Assembly: GCA_943370285.1 (NCBI GenBank)
Contig: CALRQJ020000001.1
Coordinates: 98,276-162,275 of the forward strand
Length of the DNA: 64,000 nucleotides
Source: Methylophilus rhizosphaerae
GTDB taxonomy: Bacteria > Bacteroidota > Bacteroidia > Chitinophagales > Chitinophagaceae
Reading direction: 5' to 3'
The stretch's first letter is position 1. Each line of letters starts with the position of its first letter. The notes under the pieces are model-generated. The model was not told the DNA's origin. It made no database searches and saw nothing but the letters and a program-made list of their open reading frames with translations. Shown here piece by piece: positions 21,025 through 30,623 of this stretch. The position numbers were made by a program, and so were the translations under genes.

Positions 21025-22143
21025 ATGAAAGTAGGTATTCTTGGAGGAGGGCAATTGGGTCGTATGCTATTACAGGCTGCGGCTAACTACACTGTTACTA
21101 CTTATGTGTTAGAAAATGATGAGCACTGTCCTGCCGCCCATTTATGCCATCATTTTGTGAAAGGTGATATCAAAGATTATGATACGGTATATGCTTTTGG
21201 TAAAAATCTAGATGCTTTGACCATCGAAATTGAAGCCGTAAATGTTGCTGCATTAGAACAATTGGAAGCAGAAGGTGTGAAAATTTATCCCTCACCATCA
21301 GCTATCAAAACGATAAAAAATAAGATTACACAGAAACAATTTTATCAGTTACACCATATTCCTACTTCCGATTTTTTGATTACCGAATCTAAGACTGATT
21401 TAGAAGAACATACTGATTTTTTACCCGCTGTTCATAAGTTGGGCGAAGGTGGTTACGATGGAAAAGGTGTACAAATTATTCGTGCAAAAGAAGATATTAG
21501 CAAGGGTTTTGATGCACCTGCTATTCTTGAAAAAATGGTGCCCATCAAAAAAGAAATTGCTGTTATTGTGGCAATGAATGATAAAGGCGAAACAGCTATT
21601 TTTCCTCCTGCAGAAATGGTATTTGACCCGGTGTTGAATTTGTTAGACTATCAATTGAACCCGGCATTATTACCCGATAAAATTTTATGGCGAGTAGAAG
21701 CGATTGCATTGAAAGTGGTAAAGGAATTAAAAAGTCCGGGGTTATTTGCAGTTGAATTATTTGTCGATAAAAACGACGAAGTACTAGTGAATGAAACCGC
21801 ACCGAGGGTTCATAATAGTGGACATCATACCATCGAAGCCAATTATTGCAGTCAATATGATATGTTGTGGCGAATTATGTTGCAATATCCATTAGGAAAT
21901 ACTGATCCCATTTTACCTTCGGCGATTGTGAATATTCTTGGCGCTGAAGGTTATAGTGGCGCTGCAAAATATGAAGGCTTAACAACCGTACAGCAAATAG
22001 ATAATGCGTTTGTGCATTTGTACGGAAAAGCCGAAACAAAGCCCGGCAGAAAGATGGGGCATGTAACCATCATCAGTAAAGATTATCAAGACTTAACCCA
22101 TCAGGCTCATAAAATAAAACACACTTTAAAAGTAATTGCATAG
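21025..22143 (+). CDS. purK: 5-(carboxyamino)imidazole ribonucleotide synthase
   Basis: ATP-grasp protein with the start [15 protein letters not shown]. Adjacent to purE. Confidence 0.9.
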   Translation: MKVGILGGGQLGRMLLQAAANYTVTTYVLENDEHCPAAHLCHHFVKGDIKDYDTVYAFGKNLDALTIEIEAVNVAALEQLEAEGVKIYPSPSAIKTIKNKITQKQFYQLHHIPTSDFLITESKTDLEEHTDFLPAVHKLGEGGYDGKGVQIIRAKEDISKGFDAPAILEKMVPIKKEIAVIVAMNDKGETAIFPPAEMVFDPVLNLLDYQLNPALLPDKILWRVEAIALKVVKELKSPGLFAVELFVDKNDEVLVNETAPRVHNSGHHTIEANYCSQYDMLWRIMLQYPLGNTDPILPSAIVNILGAEGYSGAAKYEGLTTVQQIDNAFVHLYGKAETKPGRKMGHVTIISKDYQDLTHQAHKIKHTLKVIA

Positions 22144-22166
22144 TACTCATCCATTCAATACAAAAT

Positions 22167-22688
22167 ATGGCAACTCAACCTCTTGTTGGAATCATTATGG
22201 GAAGCGATAGCGACCTACCTGTTATGCAAGCTGCATCAGACATGCTGCAACAGTTTGGAATTGATTTTGAGCTTACGGTAGTATCAGCCCACCGTACGCC
22301 ACAACGTATGATGGACTATGCCCACACAGCCCGAATAAGAGGTTTGAAAGTCATCATTGCAGGTGCAGGTGGCGCTGCTCATTTACCCGGTATGGTAGCC
22401 GCTATTACTGATTTACCGGTGATTGGCGTTCCGGTAAAATCGTCTAATTCTATTGATGGTTGGGATTCTATACTGTCCATTTTACAAATGCCCGGTGGCA
22501 TTCCTGTAGCAGCCGTAGCATTGAATGGCGCTAAAAATGCAGGCATTTTAGCTGCTTCCATTATTGGTGCTTTTGATGCGACTATTGGCGAAAAAGTAGC
22601 TGCTTATAAACAACAACTTAATAACGAAGTGTTACATAAAGTAGCAGGTTTAAAACAAAGTGGTTGGAACAATCAATTTGATGTGTAG
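22167..22688 (+). CDS. purE: N5-CAIR mutase
   Basis: [19 protein letters not shown] and [10 protein letters not shown] motifs. Confidence 0.9.
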   Translation: MATQPLVGIIMGSDSDLPVMQAASDMLQQFGIDFELTVVSAHRTPQRMMDYAHTARIRGLKVIIAGAGGAAHLPGMVAAITDLPVIGVPVKSSNSIDGWDSILSILQMPGGIPVAAVALNGAKNAGILAASIIGAFDATIGEKVAAYKQQLNNEVLHKVAGLKQSGWNNQFDV

Positions 22689-24277
22689 CTAACTACACCA
22701 AAACCTTTGGTAAATGGTTGGGAAGATTGGTAAATCATATCAATCCATTCAAAGCCATATTGAGCAATATATATCGCTACATTATCTACTCTTTCTTGCA
22801 AACTACTATTCGGGAAGAGCTGTGTTTTTAGTGTGATAATTTGTCTTTGCTCAGTTTCAAATTTTCGTTTTTCAGCCCGCAACATTTTCTTTTCCAATTC
22901 AGTCACCGCTTTTAATGCCCTTACCTGTAACGCTGCTACATGCTGGGTTAAAGTTACATCAACCGTTGATGCAGTAGCTTGCAATTGCACGTAGTAGTTA
23001 AGAAGTGTTTCTTTATGTGTATCCAGACTTAATTCATGTGCTGTTTCTCTTTTCACTAATTCTTCTACCAAAGCGGCAGTGGGTTGAAAAAAATTTTCGG
23101 CTGAAAAACCAAGTGATTCGATTTTAAGTTGTTGTTGATTCGTCATTGCCATAAATGAATTACGCAACAACACAACAGGATAAGGAACTTTTGCCGCTTC
23201 AAAAACGGATTTTAATTCTAACCAATACGCTACTTCTCCCCCGCCACCAATAAATGCTACGTTTGGCAAAATGGTTTCTTGAAAAACGCCACGCAAAATT
23301 ACATTAGCGCTAAATCGTTCCGAGTGTTGATGCAACTCGGCTAAGATGGCATCTTCCGTCCATGATATTTGTAAAGCTTCCACTTTAAACAAATCGCCAT
23401 CTTTTTCAATACGTTCTCTTTTATCATCCATTAAATAAAACAAATTAATGGGGCGACCTGCTGCTTGAACTTTATAGTGTTGGTTTAAAGCTTCGATAGT
23501 TGGCGTTACTGCTTTATTGGAAAACTGTGTGAGCAATTCTTTTTCAACAATGGGTTGAAATGCTTTTTTAAGATTGGCATTATCGGGTATCAATACCAAT
23601 AACCCATACTGACTGAATAGGGCATTTACCAACTGCAAAGTTGCTTGCTGAATCGTTGTTCCAAGCGTATAACTTGCTCTAAACAATGTACAAATAGCAG
23701 CACCATGTGGCAAAACCAATAACTGTCCCTCTAAAGCATCTATCAAGGCAATAAATGCTTTGTCTACTTTCATTCTGCCTACTGCACCGGTTTGGTTGGT
23801 TTGCCAGGTTAATGTAGTACCGTTGATGTTTACATGGCCGAGTTCATCCAAATCTGCATCTTCGCTACCCATGTAAAACACCGGTACAAAATTGTACTGC
23901 GGCATGGTTTCATGCAAATGTGCAGCCAACTTTATAGTGTGCAGAATTTTATAAATAAAATATAAATGACCAGTAAAAATATTGGGTTGGTGTGCAGTAC
24001 AAATAGTGAAGGTATTTGGCGCTAATAACTGTTCAAGATATTGTTCTTGTGTTGCCGTTAATGCAATGCCGGCATATTGTTGCCGTAACTCGGCCACTAA
24101 TAAAGCTCGATTGGTAGCAAAACTTTGTCTGGCATGAATGGCAGCTTCAATACCTTTTGTATCAGCCGAATGCTGAATAAATGGCTTGATAGCATCGGCT
24201 CCTGCTAAATAATCGTTCACCAATTTTGAGAAAAAACCGGTGTTTTGATAAGGAATAAACGTACAGTTACTTTCCAT
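22673..24277 (-). CDS. bshC: Bacillithiol biosynthesis cysteine-adding enzyme BshC
   Basis: About 535 aa. BshC-like N-terminus (...[17 protein letters not shown]) and general family resemblance. The start is set at MESNCTF. Confidence 0.7.
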   Translation of the reverse strand: MESNCTFIPYQNTGFFSKLVNDYLAGADAIKPFIQHSADTKGIEAAIHARQSFATNRALLVAELRQQYAGIALTATQEQYLEQLLAPNTFTICTAHQPNIFTGHLYFIYKILHTIKLAAHLHETMPQYNFVPVFYMGSEDADLDELGHVNINGTTLTWQTNQTGAVGRMKVDKAFIALIDALEGQLLVLPHGAAICTLFRASYTLGTTIQQATLQLVNALFSQYGLLVLIPDNANLKKAFQPIVEKELLTQFSNKAVTPTIEALNQHYKVQAAGRPINLFYLMDDKRERIEKDGDLFKVEALQISWTEDAILAELHQHSERFSANVILRGVFQETILPNVAFIGGGGEVAYWLELKSVFEAAKVPYPVVLLRNSFMAMTNQQQLKIESLGFSAENFFQPTAALVEELVKRETAHELSLDTHKETLLNYYVQLQATASTVDVTLTQHVAALQVRALKAVTELEKKMLRAEKRKFETEQRQIITLKTQLFPNSSLQERVDNVAIYIAQYGFEWIDMIYQSSQPFTKGFGVVSYTSN

Positions 24278-24355
24278 GAAAAAAATTATCGGGCAAGTTA
24301 GTAACAATCATTTTGCATTACCAACCACTCACCAAGTTTTTCTAATTTCAACAAC

Positions 24356-25663
24356 TTAGATTACTTCGCCTTCTAAGTCATAATCGTAAGCCTTGGTAAT
24401 TATTACTTGAACAATATCGCCGGCATTTAGTTTAGTCTTCGAGTGAACTACCACTTCATTGTCTACTTCTACACTATCAAATTCGGTACGGCCTAAATAG
24501 CGGCCGGCTTCTTTTTTATCGATTAATACTTTGAAAATCTGTCCAACTTTTGCTTCATTTTTTTCTAAACTAATCTCTTGCTGCACTTCCATAATTTCTT
24601 GTGCACGGCGTTCTTTTTCTTCTTGTGGCACATTATCTACCAAATCATAAGCACTAGTGCCTTCTTCATGGCTATAAGAGAAAATGCCCACTCTATCAAA
24701 GCGGTGTAGGCGAAGAAAATCTTTCAACTCTTCTACATCTGCTTCTGTTTCTCCCGGAAATCCGGCAATCAAAGTGGTACGTAAACAAATACCCGGAACT
24801 TTTGCTCTAATCGCATGAATCAAATCCGTCATTTCTTCTCGGGTGATATTTCTACGCATAGCTTTCAACATATTATTACTAGCATGTTGTAAAGGCATAT
24901 CTAAGTACTTGCAGATATTGTCTCTTTCATTCATCACATCTAAAATGTCCATCGGAAATTTTGATGGATAAGCATAGTGCAATCGAATCCACTCCAACCC
25001 TTTTACTTCAGCTAAAGCATGCAATAATTTGGGCAATGCTCTTTCTTTATAAATATCCAAACCATAATAAGTAAGTTCTTGAGCAATCAGCATGATTTCT
25101 TTCACTCCACCTTTCACTAAACGTTCTGCTTCGGTAACTAAAGATTCAATCGGTCTGCTAACATGCTGCCCCCGCATTAACGGAATGGCACAAAATGCAC
25201 AAGTTCTGTTACAACCTTCACTAATTTTAAGATATGCATAATGCTGTGGTGTACTCAATAAACGTTCACCCAACAATTCTGCTTTATAATCTGCATCAAA
25301 ACGCTTTAAGATGAGTGGCAATTCCATCGTACCAAACCATGCATCCACTTCCGGAATTTCGGCTTCTAAATCACCTTTGTATCGTTCACTCAAACATCCG
25401 GTAACATAAACTTTGTCTAGCTTACCTTTCTTTTTCAGGTTAACTTGGTCTAGAATCGTATTGATGCTTTCTTCCTTGGCTTTATCAATAAAACCGCAGG
25501 TGTTTACCACCACAATATTGTGATCTATTTTGCTGTTCTCATGTACCACATCAATGTCATTGGCTTTGAGCTGTCCGCTAAGCACTTCGCTATCTACCAA
25601 GTTCTTACTACAACCTAATGTAATGATGTTGACTTTATCTTTCTTGAGGGTTCTTGCTTTCAT
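24356..25663 (-). CDS. rimO: Ribosomal protein S12 methylthiotransferase RimO
   Basis: MTTase N-domain (ITLGCSKN), radical-SAM motif CNRTCAFCAIP, and a TRAM domain at the C-terminus. Confidence 0.9.
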   Translation of the reverse strand: MKARTLKKDKVNIITLGCSKNLVDSEVLSGQLKANDIDVVHENSKIDHNIVVVNTCGFIDKAKEESINTILDQVNLKKKGKLDKVYVTGCLSERYKGDLEAEIPEVDAWFGTMELPLILKRFDADYKAELLGERLLSTPQHYAYLKISEGCNRTCAFCAIPLMRGQHVSRPIESLVTEAERLVKGGVKEIMLIAQELTYYGLDIYKERALPKLLHALAEVKGLEWIRLHYAYPSKFPMDILDVMNERDNICKYLDMPLQHASNNMLKAMRRNITREEMTDLIHAIRAKVPGICLRTTLIAGFPGETEADVEELKDFLRLHRFDRVGIFSYSHEEGTSAYDLVDNVPQEEKERRAQEIMEVQQEISLEKNEAKVGQIFKVLIDKKEAGRYLGRTEFDSVEVDNEVVVHSKTKLNAGDIVQVIITKAYDYDLEGEVI

Positions 25664-25770
25664 AAAGGTGGCAAAGGTAAGAAAGAGACCGTTGCCAAAT
25701 TCTATTGGCTTTTAACAACCATTTTGCCTTTAAGCGGCTAAGTTTGCACTATCACCAACCATCAGGCAGT

Positions 25771-26235
25771 ATGAAAAAATGGATGTTCACCTTGGCTATT
25801 TGTTGTTTTGCCTTAGGCGGATTTGCCCAAACCGATTATGACCAAGCCATTGGCTTGAAATTCCCTGGCGGATTAGCTGCTACCTATAAAAAAATGCTCA
25901 AAAACAATAAAGCCTGGGAAGCACAAGCCATGTTTTGGGATAAAGGGGCCCGATTTGTTGCCTTATACGAATTTCATTTCTACAATTTAGATGCAGCCGG
26001 CAGATTGGCTTGGTATGTAGGCCCAGGTGCCCATATTGGTTTTTACAAAAACAAGTTTCAGGAGAGTTATAATAGCTCGGCAGATATTGGTATCGATGGT
26101 GTAATTGGGGTAGATTATAAAATCAAAAATATTCCCATCAACCTGAGTTTAGATTGGCAGCCCTCTATTTCATTAATTGGCAAATCTAATACTAGTCCTG
26201 CTTTAGGCGGATTAGCAGTACGCTATACCTTTTAA
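25771..26235 (+). CDS. Small putative outer-membrane beta-barrel protein (paralog A)
   Basis: Signal peptide. Shares the motifs GPGAHIGF, G(I/L)D(G/A)V(I/L)G(V/L)DYK, DWQPS and a terminal aromatic residue with the next ORF. The start is set at MKKWMFT. Confidence 0.55.
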   Translation: MKKWMFTLAICCFALGGFAQTDYDQAIGLKFPGGLAATYKKMLKNNKAWEAQAMFWDKGARFVALYEFHFYNLDAAGRLAWYVGPGAHIGFYKNKFQESYNSSADIGIDGVIGVDYKIKNIPINLSLDWQPSISLIGKSNTSPALGGLAVRYTF

Positions 26236-26290
26236 AAATGCAGTCATCATTTTTGGCATCATTTTTTATAGAAAAAACAAAACACTTGTT

Positions 26291-26773
26291 ATGAAAAAAA
26301 TAATCGTTGCAACCTGCTTTGTTTTTGCAATCGTTTTTACCACCGATGCTCAAAATAATAGTACCAGCTATCAACAAGCATTGGGTGTAAAATTTTATCC
26401 CGGTGCGGTTACGTACAAATCTTTTACTACCTCCAAAAAAGCCTTTGAAGGCATTGGTTATTTTAACAATGATGGGTTTAGGGTAACGGGTTTAATGGAG
26501 TTTTATGGCGATATCAACAATGCTCCCGGTTTAAAATGGTATGCCGGACCCGGTGCCCATATTGGCTTTTGGAGCAATGATTGGAGAGATCGTTATCCCA
26601 ATAGAAACGACGGTGTTGCCATTGGTCTAGATGCGGTATTGGGCTTGGATTATAAATTTAAAGGTGCACCCATCAATATGAGCATTGATTGGCAACCTTC
26701 CTTCAACTTGATTGGCTATAATTATTTTGAAGGCGGTTGGGGCGGCATTGCATTGCGATATGTCATCAAATAA
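26291..26773 (+). CDS. Small putative outer-membrane beta-barrel protein (paralog B)
   Basis: Signal peptide. Clear paralog of 25771..26235. Confidence 0.55.
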   Translation: MKKIIVATCFVFAIVFTTDAQNNSTSYQQALGVKFYPGAVTYKSFTTSKKAFEGIGYFNNDGFRVTGLMEFYGDINNAPGLKWYAGPGAHIGFWSNDWRDRYPNRNDGVAIGLDAVLGLDYKFKGAPINMSIDWQPSFNLIGYNYFEGGWGGIALRYVIK

Positions 26774-26812
26774 TTACACATTCAGAAACAGTAGCCAATT
26801 ACTTAAAAACGT

Positions 26813-27688
26813 ATGACCATGAAAAAAATATTTATGCTACTGTTTCTTTTCTTTGTTGCTGTAGCCAATGCCCAAGACAGCTTAACCGTTTATTTTGATT
26901 TTGATCAATCGGCTTTAAAACCAAGCGAAAAAACGGTACTGGCCAAGTATTTTTCACAGGGCAAACCCATTACCGGTGTTGCCATTTATGGACATTGCGA
27001 TCAATTAGGAACAGATGATTACAACGACAAACTATCATTACAAAGAGCACAAACCGTACAACAGTTTATAGCCCGTTTTGGCATTTATGGCAATATCATC
27101 AGCGAAACAAAAGGCTTTGGCAAACGAATGTTGGTGCAGTCAGCTACCAACGCCAAGGCACGACAACAAAACAGACGAGTAACTATAGTTGTCACGATAG
27201 CCACTGTTGCCGTAGAAAAAGAAACAGCTGTACCACCGGTAGAAGTACCCGTTGCCCCAAAAAAAGAAGCAGGATTAAAAGAAGTCAACAAAGAAAATAT
27301 TGACTCGGTAGAAGCCGGTGAAAAACTCTTACTGAAACACATTAATTTTTATGGCGGCAGACATATTTTTTTACCGCAAGCCATGCCTGCGCTGAATGAA
27401 TTACTCACCATTTTAAAACAGCGGCCCAATTTAGTGATAGAAATTCAGGGGCATATTTGTTGCGGACAAAATTTAGGTGCCGATGGAATGGATATCGATA
27501 CGAATGAACCGGTACTTTCATTGAACCGTGCCAAAGCCGTGTTCAATTATTTAGTACTGAATGGCATTGACGAGGAAAGGCTTACCTACAAAGGTTTTGG
27601 CTATACGCAGCCCATCATTAACCCCGAAATAACCGAAGCCGACAAAACCACCAACCGAAGGGTGGAGATAAAGATTATTAAGAAATAG
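26813..27688 (+). CDS. OmpA-family protein with two OmpA-like domains
   Basis: Two copies of the OmpA C-terminal signature (LSLQRAQTV...NRRVTIVV and LSLNRAKAV...NRRVEIKI). Confidence 0.8.
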   Translation: MTMKKIFMLLFLFFVAVANAQDSLTVYFDFDQSALKPSEKTVLAKYFSQGKPITGVAIYGHCDQLGTDDYNDKLSLQRAQTVQQFIARFGIYGNIISETKGFGKRMLVQSATNAKARQQNRRVTIVVTIATVAVEKETAVPPVEVPVAPKKEAGLKEVNKENIDSVEAGEKLLLKHINFYGGRHIFLPQAMPALNELLTILKQRPNLVIEIQGHICCGQNLGADGMDIDTNEPVLSLNRAKAVFNYLVLNGIDEERLTYKGFGYTQPIINPEITEADKTTNRRVEIKIIKK

Positions 27689-27736
27689 ATTTCTTTTTCT
27701 CTCCCATTTCAATTTTTCTTATCTTCCAAATCTGTC

Positions 27737-27881
27737 TGTTGCAGTTGGCACTGCTGTACAAGTGTCGAGACGCTTTCGGTCTCGATGCCGAATGTAAACT
27801 TCGGTATGCGACCTGCAACAACTTATACCTAGTAGTTCCAAAGCTTGTAACCAAAAACTGTATTTCCGCCAAAGGTGGGAA
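27737..27881 (+). promoter_or_regulatory. Candidate structured 5' leader RNA of cphA (three-way junction plus a start-proximal hairpin)
   Basis: Outer helix TGTTGCAG (27737-27744) / CTGCAACA (27813-27820) encloses the hairpins TCGAGAC/GTCTCGA (27765-27785) and GCCGAA/TTCGGT (27787-27805). A further 8-bp hairpin lies at 27863-27881, 19 nt before the ATG. Confidence 0.3.
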
Positions 27882-27899
27882 ACTTAAAACATCGCTTAT

Positions 27900-30518
27900 A
27901 TGAGAATTCTCGAGATTAAAGTATTAAAAGGCCCAAATTATTGGAGTGTTCGCCGTGGTAAACTCATTCAAATGAAATTAGATTTGGAAGAGCTGGAACA
28001 ACAACCTACCAATACCATCCCCGGTTTTAGAGAACGGTTAGAAAAAATGTTCCCTAGTTTATACGAACACCGTTGTAGCGAAGGTGTGCCCGGCGGATTT
28101 TTTCAACGGGTAGACGAAGGCACTTGGATGGGCCATGTAATTGAACATATTGCTTTAGAATTACAAACATTAGCGGGCATGGATTGCGGTTTTGGTCGTA
28201 CCCGTGGCACGGGAAAAGAAGGTGAATATTTTGTCATTTTTGATTATATGGAAGAAGATGCCGGCGTATATACTGCCAAAGCATCTGTTGCCATTGCACA
28301 AGCCATTATTGATAATGCAGATTATGATTTAGCTGCCGATGTTCAGCGCTTAAGAGAAATTAGAGAAGATACCAGATTGGGACCTTCTACCGGTTGTATT
28401 GTGGATGAAGCCGCTAAACGTGGCATTCCGCATTTGCGATTGAACAAACATAGTTTGGTACAATTGGGCTATGGGGTACACCAGAAAAGAATCAGGGCAA
28501 CCATTGCTTCTACTACATCGAATATTGCTGTTGATATTGCAGGCGATAAAGATGAAACCAAAAATTTATTAGGCGCTGCCGAAATTCCCGTACCAAAAGG
28601 GGTAATCATTAGAACAGAAGAAGGATTACAAGATGCGGTTGACAAATTGGGCTATCCTCTAGTAACTAAACCTTTAGATGGCAATCATGGCAAAGGTGCT
28701 ACTACCAATATTACCAATTGGGAGCAAGCATTGAAGGGATTTGAAGCGGCCAAAGTATATGGCAGAAGCATTATTGTAGAAAAGTTTATACAGGGTTTTG
28801 ATTTCAGGGTATTGGTGATTAATTACAAATTTGTTTGTGCCGCCTTACGTACACCGGCATCGGTAGTGGGTGATGGCAAACATACCATTCAGTGGTTGAT
28901 TGATGAAACCAACAAAGACCCACGCCGTGGTTACGGTCATGAGAAAGTGCTGACCCAAATTAATGTAGATGGCAGCACTATGAAAATGTTGGAAGAGAAG
29001 GGCTATACCTTAGACACTATTCCGCCTAAAGGCGAATTGGTACTCTTAAAAACAACAGCAAATCTATCAACCGGCGGTACTTCTACCGATGTAACAGACG
29101 AAGTGCATCCCGTTAATATTTTCATGGCTGAGCGGATTGCCAAAATTGTAGGTTTAGATATTTGTGGTATTGATATTATGGCGCCTGATTTAAGGTCACC
29201 TGTTTCCGAAAATGGTGGTGCTGTGTTAGAGGTGAATGCCGCACCCGGTTTTAGAATGCATATCGACCCGGCCGAAGGCCTTCCACGTAATGTGGCTGAA
29301 CCCGTGATAGATATGTTATTCCCCAAAGGGTCGAATGGTCGAATTCCCATCATTGCCATTACGGGTACCAATGGTAAAACCACCACTACCCGATTGACTT
29401 CTTTTATTGCTAAAGTAGCCGGTAAAAAAGTAGGCTATACCACAAGTGATGGGGTGTATATTCAAAACCAATTGATGATGAAGGGAGATTGTACCGGTCC
29501 GCTTTCTTCACAATTTGTACTCAAAGACCCAACGGTAGATTTTGCTGTATTAGAATGTGCTAGAGGCGGTATTTTAAAAGCCGGTTTGGCTTTTAGAAAT
29601 TGTGATGTAGCCATTGTTACCAATGTAGCTGCCGATCATATGGGCTTGGGTGGCATCAATACCATTGAGCAAATGGCTAAAGTAAAAGCGGTGGTGCCGG
29701 AAACGGTTTTCCCTCACGGTTATGCCGTGTTAAATGCCGATGATGATTTGGTCTATGCCATGAAACATAACCTCAGCTGTAATGTGGCCTTGTTTAGTAT
29801 GGATGAAAACAATCCAAGAATTAAAGCCCATTGCGAAAAAGGTGGATTGGCCACCGTGTACGAAAATGGCTATATCAGCATTTTGAAAGGCAACTGGAAG
29901 ATTAGGGTAATTGCCGCTAAAGATGTTCCCCTCACCTTCGAAGCAAAAGCCATTCACAATATCAACAACTGTTTGCCTGCGGTAATGGCTACTTATTTGT
30001 ACAGAGATATTACGATTGAAGACATTAGGACCGGTTTACAAAGTTTTGTGGCCAGTAGTGCTACTACGCCGGGCAGGTTGAATTTCTTCCACTTTAAACA
30101 TTTTACCTTCTTGGCCGATTTTGCCCACAATCCGCATGGCTTAAAATTGTTGTGCGAATTTGTAAGCAAATTAGATTATCCGTATAAAGTGGGTATTATC
30201 AGTGGTACGGGTGACAGAAGAGATGAAGACATTATGGCTTTGGGTGAAATTTCGGCGCATTATTTTGATGAAATCATTATTCGTTGTGACAAAAATTTAC
30301 GAGGCAGAACGGCAGATGAAATTATCAACTTGTTACAGACGGGAATTGCGAAAGTGAACCCACAAGTACCAACCATGGTGATTGCTAATGAGAACCTAGC
30401 TTTAGAACATGTATATGCCCATACCAAACCCGGCAGTTTAGTGACGATTATGTGTGATGTGGTTGCCGGTGCGTTAGACAAAATAAAAGAATTAAAAGAA
30501 CGGGATGAAAGAAGCTAA
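27900..30518 (+). CDS. cphA: Cyanophycin synthetase
   Basis: 872 aa. Characteristic N-terminus MRILEIKVLKGPNYWS, an ATP-grasp domain and a Mur-ligase-like domain (ITGTNGKTTT). Confidence 0.9.
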   Translation: MRILEIKVLKGPNYWSVRRGKLIQMKLDLEELEQQPTNTIPGFRERLEKMFPSLYEHRCSEGVPGGFFQRVDEGTWMGHVIEHIALELQTLAGMDCGFGRTRGTGKEGEYFVIFDYMEEDAGVYTAKASVAIAQAIIDNADYDLAADVQRLREIREDTRLGPSTGCIVDEAAKRGIPHLRLNKHSLVQLGYGVHQKRIRATIASTTSNIAVDIAGDKDETKNLLGAAEIPVPKGVIIRTEEGLQDAVDKLGYPLVTKPLDGNHGKGATTNITNWEQALKGFEAAKVYGRSIIVEKFIQGFDFRVLVINYKFVCAALRTPASVVGDGKHTIQWLIDETNKDPRRGYGHEKVLTQINVDGSTMKMLEEKGYTLDTIPPKGELVLLKTTANLSTGGTSTDVTDEVHPVNIFMAERIAKIVGLDICGIDIMAPDLRSPVSENGGAVLEVNAAPGFRMHIDPAEGLPRNVAEPVIDMLFPKGSNGRIPIIAITGTNGKTTTTRLTSFIAKVAGKKVGYTTSDGVYIQNQLMMKGDCTGPLSSQFVLKDPTVDFAVLECARGGILKAGLAFRNCDVAIVTNVAADHMGLGGINTIEQMAKVKAVVPETVFPHGYAVLNADDDLVYAMKHNLSCNVALFSMDENNPRIKAHCEKGGLATVYENGYISILKGNWKIRVIAAKDVPLTFEAKAIHNINNCLPAVMATYLYRDITIEDIRTGLQSFVASSATTPGRLNFFHFKHFTFLADFAHNPHGLKLLCEFVSKLDYPYKVGIISGTGDRRDEDIMALGEISAHYFDEIIIRCDKNLRGRTADEIINLLQTGIAKVNPQVPTMVIANENLALEHVYAHTKPGSLVTIMCDVVAGALDKIKELKERDERS

Positions 30519-30591
30519 AAGCCGTTGATGGCTTAACCGAATGAGTTGAAATGGGCTACAGCAGGAGATTCTAAGAAATTGGCAAAAAAAT

Positions 30592-30623
30592 TTTGGCACT
30601 CCACTGCTCCACCCCTATTTTTG
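30592..30623 (+). promoter_or_regulatory. Bacteroidota-type promoter candidate for tRNA-Gln
   Basis: TTTG (30592-30595) is followed 20 nt later by TATTTTTG (30616-30623, fits TAnnTTTG), about 30 nt upstream of the tRNA. Confidence 0.4.

Noticed and set aside
22673-22688. 16-nt convergent overlap of the purE and bshC 3' ends
   Set aside because: Short convergent 3' overlaps are common in compact genomes. Nothing further is suggested by the sequence.
27678-27872. 64-aa minus-strand ORF in the cphA upstream region
   Set aside because: It covers the hairpin-rich leader and has no start context or family resemblance. The G-U pairs favour a plus-strand RNA rather than a minus-strand CDS.
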